From Dipteris shenzhenensis (lineage: Eukaryota): a stretch of 64,000 bases of DNA. The notes under the pieces were generated by a model. The model was given only the letters and a program-made list of their open reading frames with translations, was not told the DNA's origin and searched no databases. Shown piece by piece: positions 13,201-27,600 of this stretch. The position numbers were made by a program, and so were the translations under genes. Numbering within the stretch: position 1 is the first letter of the stretch; each line of letters begins with the position of its first letter. Location of the stretch: the NCBI GenBank assembly GCA_047967505.1, contig CM106538.1; one strand, written 5' to 3'.

Positions 13201-13601
13201 ATGATCAATCCTCCAGAAGATGCTACTGGAAGACTGGAAGAACTTCCAAGCAAGCTTTGTGTGCTTTGATGAGAGGTTGCTACATGTGTTATTGAGATTT
13301 ATAGTTATAGCTACGGCTATTACCTTTGGCATTCTGAGTACTCAGGATAGAACTATAGTAATGGCTAATTCTTGGAAAGAGGATGAGGATGAGGATCTAT
13401 ACTCAAGAAACCCCACTTGGATGCAATGTGGCCAGGGCAAATTCTTGGAAAGAGGATGAGGATCGATACTCAAGAAACCCCCTGTTGGTATGCTCTAATT
13501 GGTGCCATTCATCTACAAGGGTCCTTTGCTCATCTCATGGGCTTTCTATTCTTTCAGATCTGTTGCTCCCTCCTTCTTAGTGTGACATATATGGAGATGG
13601 A

Positions 13602-13605
<4 letters not shown>

Positions 13606-13638
<33 letters not shown>
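13606..13638. repeat. (GA)n microsatellite
   Basis: Direct reading of the sequence. Confidence 0.9.
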
Positions 13639-13642
<4 letters not shown>

Positions 13643-13923
13643 TATAATCCTGCAGCATCGCGTGGGTTCCCTACTAGTCTAAGGAAATTATGGGTCAATT
13701 CTTGGAATTTCACTGAAGTGATTGGGGGCTTTTGATCTAGAAGCCACGCTGAACGAATGGTACAAAAATCATGCAAATCTGGGGCTGCCACGTGTCTATC
13801 TGAGAATCTGGACACCTGGCCACGCCAAAAATTTGTAGGTAGGTAGGTCCTGGGCTACAAATGATGTGCTCCAAATTTCAAATCAAAATGGTATGATTTC
13901 TCCCACGAAAATCCTTGAGAAGG

Positions 13924-14419
13924 GCTCTGATAACAATGTAACTAGATTAGCCTACAGCCTGCTAGTTTAGGTCTAATTTCTTAGTATAGGGACAGCAGCA
14001 AATGATGGATGTGCAGGACAACAAGTAACAATAGGATTTCATGTGCAAGATCAACAAAGAACCTGAATTTAGCTGTAGATCCTTCAGCATGTGAGAGGCT
14101 GCACAAGCACAGGCTAGGAAGTGAGTTCCTTGGTTAGGAGGTCAAGTCCTAGTTGATTATAGTTCAGCTCAGCCAAAAGCATGGAGGCTCAGTTGGAAAT
14201 GAAGTGTATCCAATTGCAAATCAAGAATGGATACATGGAGCAGCAAGGCCCCCCCCCACCCCCCCGCCCTCTTTTATAGGTTTGGGCCTGGCAACATTTA
14301 CAACATTGATTATGGGACAGCCATCTTAGGATGCCGCGTGGCAACTTAAGGATTACCCTACTTAAAGCACTATTTATTTCTAAGCTAAAAATTACTAAGT
14401 AAATGTCACTGTTGTTACA
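13924..14419 (-). mobile_element. 5' LTR (13937-14419, TGTAAC...GTTACA) and tRNA-Met PBS of a minus-strand LTR element with an unrecognisable internal region
   Basis: GCTCTGATAACA (13924-13935) is a one-mismatch reverse complement of TGGTATCAGAGC and sits next to TGTAAC. Inverted terminal hexamer GTTACA at 14414-14419. Confidence 0.65.
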
Positions 14420-14613
14420 CTGGGATTACCCTACTTAAAGCACTATTTATTTCTAAGCTAAAAATTACTAAGTAAATGTCACCGTTGTTACACTGGGACA
14501 GACATCTTTCTTCTAATAAGGATCTTCTCCCTTTATGAATGAAATTGAATTGATATGTATGAGGATTGATTTGAGAAGAAAGGAATAACACCATGGTTTG
14601 CACATATCTACGA

Positions 14614-15950
14614 TTTTTTTTGGTCAAAAGAAGAGTAGTTATATTATTATCAAAGAACTTTGTACATCAAAGAGTTACCCTTGTCAGGATATCACTGAAG
14701 TCCAGCTAATACCATAAGCTGTTGTAAGATCAAACAGAAATTCAGAGCACAGCATCAGTAACTCAGTAGTGACAGCAAGGAGAAGACCAAGATGGTAGTT
14801 CAGTCCCTCCTGTATAGACATGAGGGGACCTGAAATGAAAAACCCTGTGCAGCATCATCAGAAACATCAGGAACCTGAGCAGTGGCAGTAGTAGCAAACT
14901 GAGAAGAAACACCTCGTGCAGGGTCAATAGAGATGTCCTGTCTAGAATGACTTTGAGAAGAATCATCCTGAAAAGAGGACTTAGCAGGGGTCTGGGCAGC
15001 AGCACCTGGAGCAGGGTTCTGAGCAGCAACACCTTCAGCAGAGGTTTGAGCAACATCACCCTGAGAAGGGGGTTTCCTGTGGAGGTATTGAGGGGGTTTA
15101 TCATGATCATCATCCAAATTACATCTGCTGATGTGGTCAGCAAGATCCTTACTTAGCCTGGTGTGTTCTAGATTATATGCACCTATTTGGAAGTCGAGTC
15201 TCCTTTTCTCCTATCCCACCATGACATAAACATATTATTAGTAAGCATCACAACATCTTTAAACTGGAAGTTGTTTGTAGATATCCAAATGAACCACAAG
15301 CATGAGCCCTGATTTAGAACCAAAGCTCCTGCTTGGTCTGAAAGGCATCCCTCAATAAATAGCTTTCCAGTTAATTGGTTCCCCAATTTCTATCTAGATG
15401 TATATGCACACTTTTCTAGCATGTGAGCAAGCAACAAAACGATGGAAAATGTCGTCCATAACACTAGGGCATCTTCTGCATTTACCATCTCCTCTCCCTA
15501 TTCCGCGACCCCTTGCATGAGTCCACATAGCTATATGTAGTATAAGTCAAGCTAGACATGGCATTTTTTCAGGGACCTTCTTGTTCCATATCTTCCTAAA
15601 TCTTTCATACCATTTCTCCCTGCTGTCCTGAAGTAGCCACCTTGCATTAAGGGTTCTGAAAAGATTCTCAACAAAGGATGGGATAGGGATTGGAAGAAGA
15701 GAAGTACTCCCCACCCAGCTAAATTCCCTATGATAGATCAAGAAAGTGCCACCTTTCTAACAAGTGTTCCCTTACCAAAGATCTAGTCTGCTCATAATCA
15801 GTAACTAACACTGATTGGTTAAAGCAAATTCCCTCCTAATTTCTTGCGAAGTCTTCCATCTTAACTGCTCTTTATTCCAAAGTTGTCCCATAGTTTGCAG
15901 TCCTTTTTTTAACATAAGGCTGGCTAGGAGAAACTATTCATAATTGAGTT
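14614..15950 (-). mobile_element. 5'-truncated LINE (L1-like) 3' remnant with short poly(A)
   Basis: W-rich ORF2 C-terminal fragments (LNARWLLQDSREKWYERFRKIW; LWFIWISTNNFQF). T-run at 14614-14622 reads as poly(A) on the minus strand. Confidence 0.6.
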
Positions 15951-16257
15951 GGGCCTTCCTAAAGACAGTGGAGATGAAGGGCCCTGAAGGGGGAATGAGA
16001 GCAAGAGGAAGAGAGTGAGAGACACTCAAAATGCGGGTGTGAAATGATGAGCCACACCACAAACTCAGTTGTGTTTTATTAGGATTAGGTTTACCCTATG
16101 ACTGTCTTAAGACAGTCATAGGTGTCCTATCTTTTAATGAAGGGTTGGCAATGTGCCTTTACCCCAACAAAGGCCAATGTGCCTAAAGGGGAGAAAAGAA
16201 TAAAAAATTACAGCAATATACAGTTACTGTATACAAGACCATAAAATAAGAATGGTC

Positions 16258-19200
16258 TCATCCTAATCCCATGATGTGGCGGCAATGTGCAAACCGCTCT
16301 GTAGGCAAGCTCTTAGTGAGCAAATCTGCAGGATTATCATCAGTATGCACTTTCACAAGCTCAAGTCGCTTGTCTTCCCTGATGAAATGATATTTCACTT
16401 CAATGTGCTTGGTCTTCTGATGAAAGACCGGATTCTTTGCCAACATGATAGCACTCTGACTATCACAATGCAAAACTGGCATATCTCCTGTAATGCCCAA
16501 ATCTCCCACCAGCCGAGTAAGCCATATTGCTTTCTTGCAGGCCTCAGTGGCTGCAACATATTCAGCTTCTGTGGTTGACAGTGCAACGCATTTCTGCAAC
16601 CGAGACACCCATGATATAGCACCTCCTGCAAATGTGAAAATGTAACCGGTAGTAGACTTCCGGTTATCCTTATTCCCTGCATAGTCTGAATCTGTAAAAC
16701 CATGCACCAATGCATCCTGCCTACCATAGCATATGCACAAGTCTTTGGTACCCTCGAGATACCTCAAGACACCTTTCACTGCTTCCCAGTGCCGCTTGCC
16801 TGGATTTGCCATGTACCTGCTGATGACTCCCACCGCAAAAGCAATATCCGGACGAGTGGCAACCATGGCATACATCAAAGATCCAACTGCAGATGCATAC
16901 GGAACTTTGGCCATTTCAGCCTTATCATCATCTGATCTGGGGCTGTCCTTACTGCTGAGTTTTAAATGTGGAGGCAACGGGGTACTAATAGACTTCCCCC
17001 CCTCCATTTTAAAGCGCTGCAGTACTTTGTCAATATACTCTTTTTGTGACAGAAACAAAAGTCCCTTGGACCTGTCACGAGTAATACGCATGCCAAGAAT
17101 ATGATTTGCATCACCCAAGTCTTTCATGTCAAAAGACTTATGCAGTTGTTTCTTCAAAGCACTAATCTCATGCTGAGATTTACTGGCAATAAGCATGTCA
17201 TTCACATATAGAATGAGTAGCATCAAACTGCCATCCTTTGCCCGTTTGGTGTAACAAGCAATGATCGGTCTCACACCTATGATACCCTTGGGACTGCATG
17301 AAGGCATCGAACTTCTTGTACCATTCTCTTGGTGCCTGCTTGAGTCCATACAAGCTCCTTTTGAGCTTACACACAAGCTGCTCTTTCCCTTTAACAGCAT
17401 ATCCCTCTGGCTGACTCATATAGATCTCATCATGGAGATCTCCGTGAAGAAAGGCTGTCTTCACATCCATCTGACATAAATCCATGTCGTCATGAGCAAC
17501 AAGAGCTAACACTGCTCTCAAAGTAGTCATCTTGACTACAGGGGAAAAGATCTCATCAAAGTCAATGCCCTTCTCCTGCTTAAATCCCTTGGCAACCAAT
17601 CTGGCCTTATACCTCGGTAAAGCATTTGAATCCACTTTGACTTTGTAAACCCACTTGCATGGCAAAACTTTTCTGCCTGCAGGTAATTGCACCAAGTCCC
17701 ATGTATCATTCTGAAGTAGGGAGTCCATTTCTGACTGCATGGCTTTTTCCCACTTCTTTTTCTCCGTTCTTCCCATAGCTTCCTTGAAGCTGGAAGGCTC
17801 ACCACAATCTGTCAGCATGATAAAATCAGCCACATTATTGGCTCTTGGAACAAACCTGGCAGGAGGCCGTTGTACACGGGAGCTCCTCCTAACAAAATGT
17901 TCCGGATTAGGCTGCTGTCCAGCCTGTTCTTCATGCATGACAGGTGGCTGTACCACCATATCTGGCTGTGCTACAGCTCCATCTGCTGGCATATCCAGTG
18001 GTGCATCATTGGCAAAATTATCTGGCTGATTTTCAGCCTGTATACCCTCTTGAACAGGGTTATCTGCAGCAGCCTGCTGCTGCATATAAATGGGCATTCT
18101 TTGCTGTCCAACATCATCATAAATAACCCTCCTGTATTCCACAGGTTGCACGGGTTCCTTGTGTACACTATCTTCTTTAAAGATGACATCATTGCTGCGT
18201 ATAATCTTCCGTTTAACGGGATCCCATAGCCTGTACCCCATTTCACCTTCGTCACCATAACCCATAAAGATGCATCTGATAGACTTTGGATCCAGTTTGG
18301 TGCGCAGTTCTTTGCGTACATAAGCAAAGCACTCGCAGCCAAATACACGTAAGTGCTTGTATGAGGGTGGCTTGCCAGACCACACCTCCTCTGGCACTTT
18401 CAACTCCAAAGCCTTGTTTGGCGACCTGTTAATAATGTGAACTGCTGTTTGCACGGCTTCTGCCCAAAAGCCATGGGGTATTGCAGCACATCGAACCTTC
18501 TCCTGAATAGTTCGATTCATACGCTCACTTGCACCATTTTGAGATGCATTATGAGGGGCTGTGAGTTCCTGTTTGATGCCCTTAGCTTGGCAAAACTGCA
18601 CAAAAGCATGTGACACATACTCACCCCCATTATCGGACCTGAGGCATTTCAGCCTACGACCTGTCCGATTCTCAACCTGAGCGACAAACTTCTTGAAAGC
18701 ATCTAAGGCATCGCTTTTATGCTTCAAGAAATAGACCCACACTTTGCGTGTGGCATCATCAATAAAAGTAATGAAATACTTTGCACCCCCTAGTGATAAC
18801 TGTGGCATCTCACACAAATCAGTGTGCACTAGATCAAGCGGTGCTCTATTCTGGGGAGTTCTCCTCTTATGAGGAGTCACAGAATGCTTGCCAAATATAC
18901 AATGATCACAAGTAGGCAAATCTGAAAAAGAAAGAGGCGGCAGATAACCCAAGCGTGACAGTTCTTGCATTCCTTTAACAGACATGTGTCCCAACCGGCT
19001 ATGCCACAATGAAACCTTTGGCAGCTCGGTTATGGCAACAACATGATTACCCACACTGGAAACATAAAGAGGGTACAAGGTATCACTCTTAAAACCCTCA
19101 GCCACTACAGTCTGGCCATCAGTAATCACCCATTTGGAATCCCCAAATGTGGTGTGGTAACCACTGTCATCCAATAAGCCAGTGCTAATCAGATTTTTCT

Positions 19201-20347
19201 TGATTTGCGGCACATGGCGAACACCATCAAGCATAAATGACCGTCCATCAGGAAATACTATCTGTATACTGCCAATCCCTGCAATCTGACATGCATAGTT
19301 GTTCCCAAGATGAACAACTCCATGAGTACCTGTGTAGGAAGTAAACCACTCCCTATGAGGAGTAACATGAAAAGAAGCACCTGAATCCAAGAGCCAGGTG
19401 TGCATGTCATGGCCATCAATAACCAAAGCATGTGCTATTACAGCAGAAGAGCATAAAACATCATGTATGTCACTGTCACTATCCTCTGCTGCAACATTCA
19501 CTGCATCCAAGTCATCTGCCTTGGCCTTGCCTTTGCCTTTGCTTGCATTTCCTGCATCCTTTGTTTCAGCCTTCTTGGCTTTCTGATCCCGTATGAACTT
19601 GAAGCACTTAGACTTCACATGTCCCTTCTTGCCACAATAAAAGCATTCAATATCCTTTTTGCCACGGGACTGACTGCGGGATTTGGACTTACTGACAGAT
19701 CTCCCCTTCTGCTGAGTCCTGCCTCTATCCTGTACTTGCAAGGCATTTGAAGACTTGCTGCTCGCATTATTCTTCCTGCTCATCTCCTCCATAAGAAGAG
19801 AGCTCTCTACATCAGCATAAATAAGAGTGACATTCGAATTTGACAGGGTGGTCTTGAAAGTGTCCCAACTCTCAGGGAGGGTACACAACAAGAAAGTAGC
19901 CTTGAACTCCTCATCAAGGTTCAGTCCCTGTGCAATAAGCTGTGTAAAGATAGCATTGAACTCACTCAAGTGTGAGGTCATAAGTGTACCTTCCTTCATG
20001 CGAAGATCAACCAACTTCTTCAACCAATAAACCTTACTGGCTGAACTCTTCTGAGCATACAATTCTTCTAGTCTGTGCCATAGACCATAAGAAGTCTTTT
20101 CAGCCTGAACATGGAACACAAGAGTGTCTGAAATAGTGAGCATGATAGCTGCCCTTGCGGACAAATCAAGCTCTTCCCAGTCATCAGCTGCCATGTCAGA
20201 TGGCTTGACACCCTTCAGCCTTATGGGCTTAGAAATCTTCTTTAACAGAAGTACATTCAAGCACTGTTCTGCCCATAATGCATAGTTGTGTGCTCCTTCC
20301 AGTTTCTTTATGTTCAGAATTGAAGAATCACTTCCTCCTGATGCCAT
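16258..20347 (-). mobile_element. Ty1/Copia (Tnt1/Tork-like) gag-pol, nearly intact with one frameshift near 17250; LTR pair not found
   Basis: 1049-aa ORF with CFYCGKKGHVKSKC, WLLDSGASFH, LVHTDLC, RSDNGGEY, QMDVKTAFLHG, continued by a 380-aa ORF with FTDSDYAG...TKHIEVKYH. Confidence 0.93.
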
Positions 20348-21674
20348 ATCAGATGAGGAAAGTACCTGACTCCCTGGAAGTAAAAAGACTGAATAAAAAT
20401 TCTGATTTCTCAGAAAAAACCTGCTCTATTCAAGAGCCAGAAGCACTCTCAATGGTGCTGTTTTTACTGTCAGGATAATCTGCAGCAAAACAGTAAATGA
20501 CCCTGCAAATACTGTACCTTCTGACACACTGTACTGTGCTCAAAGAGGCATAAAAACAGTAATTTCAGACTGCTGCAGCTGCTCAACAAGTGCTTAACAG
20601 TGCATAATCATCTGACAAACCACAAACACTGCTGTAAACACTGCTGTACTGACTGTACTGATCACTTCTCCCACCTCAGATGAGGTATTGCACTGAGTTA
20701 AATTGCAGAAACCACTTGGCAGCAAACACCCAAAAAAAAAATGACACTTCAGCCTGTCACAAAACCTGCAACAGTAAATGGGGTAAATCCCAAGCAATCA
20801 CCCTTATACCAAGGGGAGAAAATGCATCTGAAGATCTCTGTCGGTAACCCAAGTGCTATGAAACAAAGTCTGGGCAAAAGCCCTTTGATCTGACACCTGA
20901 ATCAAGTGGAGAACACCTCAACACTGAGGTAGCATGCAATATGAAAATGGCTCCTCCTTCACGTGGTACGATGGCATAGTTGAAACTTGCATCCGTGGGT
21001 CCTGAAGCGGGCTTTCCTTGTGTTTCCCTCTGCATGTCGTCTTCTCTTCCGAGTTGACGAGCGCTCGTGGCCGTGGCTTGGTGTAGTAGTCCTGAAGCCA
21101 AGGACCCATCTGAATAGGGAGCATTGACAAGAGGACGCGATCTTGGGGGATGCTTGAAAACCTGCCCCGTGGCTTCTGAGCTGCATGCGCGTTGGAGGGA
21201 CATGCATGTCCTCCTCTTCCTTCTCGACTCCCAGAAGGTCTAAGTCCATAACGCGGCGGTGGAGAGAACAAATCCTCAAATGCGACAACTGAAAATGAGC
21301 GATAGTCTTTGTCTTTTGCCAACGAGGGGAATACTGCCTCGGCCTCCAAGTCAATATCGTCGTCGAGTAGAGAGAAGGGGAGCAGGCCCTTGGTCTCCGT
21401 GTCCTGTCTTATCCTCAAAGGTACAGCAGTTCCATCCGCACCGTGCAGAATCTCATTCCCTCTTAAGTCACCCTGCGCTCCGTACTAGCCGTTGAAAGCA
21501 TTTGATTGGGGAGGGGGTGTAGCGAAGGTGCTCACAGAGGAGTTGTCCACCCTCTGCCTCACTACTCTCTCCATCACCATCCTTCATCTCCAGCTCTCTT
21601 CCAAAGAAACCAATGTCAAAATCATATCTACATTGAGCAAATGAGCCACCAAGAAAGCTCTTTCATCTTGATAC

Positions 21675-24600
21675 TGTTGAGATAGGTGATGCATATGCAT
21701 ATGACCTTGTGAGATGGAGAGAGATAAGGTGAAGTGGATAGGATGGGTAAGTTGTGAGATTTGGGGGAGAGAGAGAGCAAGAGAGTGAGCTGAGAGCTGA
21801 AAGCTTGAAAGCTTAGTTGCAATGAAGAGTGTAAGAGAGTACAATTGAAAGAGTGAGAGATAAGGTTTTGTCCTAGTGACAAAACCTTAGTAGTCACTAA
21901 CCGTAGTTAGTGAACTAACTGCGGTTAGGGGAAAAAACCTCTTAAAGAGGGAAAAGTGCCTCTAACTAGCTTATTAAATTACATTGGTCACTGTTGAATT
22001 ATATCTATAATTCTAACACCCCCTTGCAGTGCCAATGTCATGTACAAGGCTGATCAATCACCAAACGGATATAAGTTCAGGGCACTGCGAAATGCCTCAA
22101 ACTTTTCACGTGGTAGTGCTTTGGTGAAAATATATGCAACGTTGTCATGTGTGGACACAAAGATCATACTGATCTCTCCAGCATGCAACTTCTCTCTGAC
22201 GTAGTGATAGTGAACCTCAATGTGCTTTGTGCGAGCATGAAACACTGGATTCTTTGCCACTGCAATGGCACTCTGACTATCAGTGAGTTGCCCTGTACTC
22301 AGCTTCACATGATGAGGTAGCCACTGTAGATTGTTTCTTGCTCAGCCAGGAAATGCAAGATCTACCCAAAAAGAAACAATTGCCACTAGTGGACTGCCTA
22401 GTGTCATAATCACCAGCCCAATCTAAATCACTGTAGGCATGCATCTGCAAGTCACCCCCCCTGGGAAATAACAAGCCAAAAGACTTCGTGCCCTGCAAAT
22501 AACGGAAGATGCGCTTAACTCCCTGCCAATGCATAGTTTTTGGGCTGTGCATATACTTGCTCACCTGAGATACTGCAAACTGAATATCAGGTCTAGTGTT
22601 GCAGAGATATATGAGGCATCCTACAGCCTGACTATAAAGTGTGGCATCAACTAATTCTCCTGCATCATGCATTGTGAGTTTCAGCCCCGGCTCCATGGGA
22701 GTGGCTATGGGCTTACAATCATGCATGTTAAATCTGTCCAAGAGTTTCTGCACATACTTGGACTGAGACATGATAGTGCCACGGCTCTCTTGAGAGAACT
22801 GGATCCCCAAATAAAAGTGAAGCAGCCCCAAATCTGACATGTCAAAGGTGGCCTGTAAATCAGCTTTGAAATCTGCAATATTATCTTCATTGGACCCTGT
22901 GAGCAGTAAGTCATCGACATAAAGAAGGATGACTAAAATTTCCCCCCCATTCATCTTGATGTAGAGGGTGCTCTCAGTAGGACTATTGTGCAGTCCCTTA
23001 AAAAGGCATGAATCTTGGCATACCATGCACGAGGTGCTCGTTTCAGCCCATACAAAGCTTTGTTTAGCTTGCATACCTGAAGTGCATTTGATGTAATTTC
23101 AAAGCGTGGAGGTTGTATGACATAAACCTCTTCCAACAAGTCTCCATTTAAGAAGGCTGTTTTTATGTCCAACTGATGAACATTCCACTCAAAATGTGCA
23201 GCCATTGCAATAACAGATCGGATGGTGGTCATCCGGGATGTAGGAGCAAAAGTCTCCTCATAATCTATGCCCTTTTTCTAAGCATAGCCTTTAGCAACCA
23301 GCCTTGCCTTGTATCTGTCAATGGAGCCATCTGGCTTCCGTTTCACCTTGAAAACCCGTCGTGTACCAATGGCATGTTTACCTGGTGGCAAGTCTACGAC
23401 ATCTCAAGTCTGATTTTTCTTAATGGACTGCAACTCATCGTGCATGGCATTCATCCAATGCACATTGTTCTTTGCTTCTTCGAATGTTGCAGGCTCCTCC
23501 TCATCGAGAAGAGTACCTGCATATGCTGATTCCACTGAATTAGCACCTTCCATGTGCCTTGCTGCAGTGCGAGTCCTGCCAAGTAATGGAGCATCAATCT
23601 TACTCTCCCTGAGAGTCTGTAACAGCCAGTTTGGGACTGTTTCTGCTGCATGTATGTCTGCAATTTCTTGCTGAACCACCTGTTCCACTGCTTGTGGAGG
23701 TGGCAAGACATCTTGTGGCTGAACTGGAGCATCGGGAGGTGGCTGTAAATTCTGATTTACATCAGAAATATCAGCAGGGGAACCCAAGGCAATGGGTAGC
23801 AACCCCTCAAAAACATCCTCTGAAGAAGAAGGCAAATGAAATTCAGCCTGAGTGTGAGCTGAATTTTTTGCAAATATCACATCTCTACTGACAATGATCT
23901 TGCGTGTAGCAAGATTGTAGAGACGGTACCCCTTGCTTTCTGCACTGTACCCAACAAATATGCACTTAATTGCCTTATCGGACAACTTATGCCGAAATTC
24001 AACTCGCACATGAGCATATGCAAGGCATCCAAAGACTTGGAAATGATCCACTGAAGGCTTTCTCCCATTCCAGACCTCATGGGGAGTTTGTGTTTTCAAA
24101 GCCTTAGTGGGAGCCCGATTTAAGATGTAGTTGGCACACATCAGACCTTCAAGCCAGAATTTGTGAGGCATGTGTTTGCTTTTCAGCATACATCTGTCCA
24201 TCTCCATAAGAGTTCTATTTTTCCTCTCAGCTTTGTCATTTTGCTGAGGGGTCAGCCTCACTGTGAGCTGATGCACAATACCCTTGCCTTTCGGAAAATC
24301 ATCAAAATCTGCATACAAGTATTCCCCACCTCTTCTGATGTGCAATGTCTGTATCTTGAGTCCAGTTTCATTTTCAACCATGGCTGAAAAGTGTTTAAAC
24401 ACCATGAACACTTCCGATTTGCGCTTCAGCCCAAAGACCCAAGTGAAATTGAAGTAATCATCAATAAAAGTAACAAAGTGGAGATGACCATCCAATGATG
24501 GAGTCCTCATGGGACCACAGACATCACTGTGTATAAGCTGTAATTTTCGGACAGCTTTAACTGAACCATCCTTTTTGAAGGGGAATCTATGCATCTTGCC

Positions 24601-27600
24601 TAAAATGCACCCTTCACAGGCATGTGGAGGAGGTATCTCAAGAGGTGGCAATGCATCAACCATAGAGTGCTTCTGAAGCGTCATCAAGCTGTTGTAATGC
24701 ATGTGACCATCTCGGGCATGCCATAATTCTGCATTCTGCATGGCAGCAGTAGGAGTAGAAATTGCAAGAGCATGGGCTGCTCTTTTCTCAAAAAGATCAA
24801 GCTGAAAAAGCCCACGCAGCAGAGTACCAGATAATCTCAAGGTATAATCATTTTCCCTGTCTCGGACAGCACATTTGTCATCCTCAAAGATGACCTGAAA
24901 TCCAGCCCTGTTAAGAGTGGACACTGAAAGAAGATTCTTGGTGATACCAGGGACATATAAGACATCTGAAAGTCTGAAAACTGAGCCATCAATGGCAGTA
25001 AGCTCAACTTCTCCTGTGCCACGTACTGAATATGACGAGTTATTGGCACAAGTGACTTTCTTACCGACGGGAGGTGGATGCAAGGAAGTAAAGAGACACT
25101 TCCTAGAAGTGATATGCTTGGATGCACCACTGTCAAAATACCAAGTATTCAGTGTTTCATTGACACTGAAAGCAGATGCATCCGTAGAAGAGTCATAACT
25201 GCAAGTCAAAAAGGCATATGTATCATCATTACAAGTGGCTGTACTATCCCGAGCATCTGGAGCAGCCAGCCTAGAATCTGAAATGCAAGATAAAAAGGCA
25301 TAATCCTGTCCAACAAAGTTGGCTGCAGCAGCCCCACTGTCAGATGGATGAGGAGCTGAATCTGAAACAGCCATATCGGAGCTGTTTTTGTTCTCTTTTG
25401 CAAGCCTTTTCCTGCATTCTGCAATGTGTTGACCTGGCTTTTTGCAGTAATGACAAAAACCCTTCTTCTTGGGCTTACTTGCATCATTTTTAGCCTTTTG
25501 TGAAGGCTGTCCTGACCCACTGGAAGGCTGATTTACTGATGTCTTTGCCTGTCCCTTTGTTTTTGATTTGAACTTTGAGAGCATAGCTTGTTCACCTGCA
25601 CGTGAAGCCAAGTTTTTCCTGGTCTGCTCTTCCTGAAGTAGGAGTCCTATCAACTCATGAAAAGTGAGAGGATTTGCATCCTCCCTCAATGATAAGTTCA
25701 GCGAGGTATGAAAGCTGAGATAAGACTAAGGAAGAGAATTCAGAGTGGTGGTAATCATCTCTGAATCAGGAATAATCTCATCTATGTTCAATAATTGCTC
25801 TCTGAGATCCTGTAGCTTTGTGAGGTGGATTGACATGGAGTCACCCTCTTCCATATGTGTATTACTTAACTCTCTTTTCAAGAAAGATACCCTTGCATCA
25901 TTCCGGGCTGCATACATGCTTTCTAAGATATCCCACGCTGCCTTCGAGGTCTTACATGACCGGATATGCGGAATGATAAATCTTTTCACTGAAAGAGAGA
26001 TGCATGACAAAGCTAAGGCATCCCGTGAATCCCATCTCTTCTGCTCTGGAGGAGTGGCTATAGCTACACCAACAACTTGTTCTGCAGCTGCACCCTATGC
26101 ACGACCTCTTCCACTTTCTTGCTGGGGAGGGGTATTAGGTGCCATACCTGCTGGTTGGATCTCACCCCCATTCACATAATCCCATAAATTGCGAGAAATC
26201 AGAATATTGTGTACCATAAAACTCCAGAGGGAGTAGTTGGTACCATTCAACTTGTCTTCCTGTGAAAGACCACCGAATTGGAAATCATTCTGATTTTGCT
26301 GGGCCATATCTGAGAAAGAGATTTTAGCAGATATAAGACTGAATTCCCTTACTGGGAATGAAATGCACAACTCCCAAAAAACACAGCCAAGCACTGGCTG
26401 TAAATGCAACTCAGATTTCTGCACTTGCACTGTCAGAAATCTGTCCAAGCATAAAAAAACTCTCCAGAATTTGCCAAAAGTGCTGCAAAACACTTCAAGA
26501 AAGGCAGTATGAATTGAAATCTCCAAAATTGCTCTCCCAACACAAAAGCCCCAAAATAGGCCCGAAATTGCAACCAGAAAGGGGCAAATTGATCAAAAGC
26601 CCCAAATGTTGCAAGAATTGCGCTCTGTCTGCAAAAGCCCCAAATTTCACTGCGAAATTGCAGTGTAATCACAAAATCCCCAAATTTCTTCAAGAAATTG
26701 TACTGCAAAATTGAAAGCCCCAAATTTTGAGCTTGAAATTATCTGCAAAGTCCCAAATTTTGTCTGTAAGATTGCAAGCAGAACCAAAAAGCCCCAAATT
26801 TCTGAAGCAGATTCTGCAACTTGATTGCAATGTCTGCAACAAATAAGATGCCCCAAATGTACTCCCAAAAACTAAGCCAAACAATGGCTGTGTGCAAAAT
26901 GTGCCTGCCAAAGATCACCTGCAAGGAAGAGCTTGTGCGCAAGTACAACCTCTACGGCCAGGTACGATTGATGTACGGATTGCAGGTACGAGTGGTACGT
27001 ACGGTGATGATGCAGGTAAGGCTGCAGGTGCGAGCAGGTACAGCACGTACGGCAGGTACACGTTGGCACAGCAGGTACAGTACGGGCAAGCAGATCTGCG
27101 GATTAGGTACGTACGATGCTGTACGGCGACAAGCTGTACAGTCGTACGGTCGCGTAGTACGACGAGACTGCAAGTACGGCAGTGACGCAAAAAAGGTACG
27201 GCGACGTACGGACGACGATGTGCTGCAGTCGTGCTGTACGGAATGCACAGGTACGGTAGGTACGGCAGAGTACAAGCAGGTACGGACGAGTGGCGCAAGT
27301 GCAGTGCGGGACTGTACGTAAACAGTACGTAAACAGTCCGTACAGATTGTACGGACGATCTGTACGGACGACGATGGAGATGAAGCAAAAGCTTGTGGGC
27401 TGGTGATGGAGGCGAATATGCAGCATAAGGTGAAGGGAGCGGGGAGCACGGAGCTCTTGAACCTGCTCTGATACCAAATGTGAGATTTGGGGGAGAGAGA
27501 GAGCAAGAGAGTGAGCTGAGAGCTGAAAGCTTGAAAGCTTAGTTGCAATGAAGAGTGTAAGAGAGTACAACTGAAAGAGTGAGAGATAAGGTTTTGTCCT

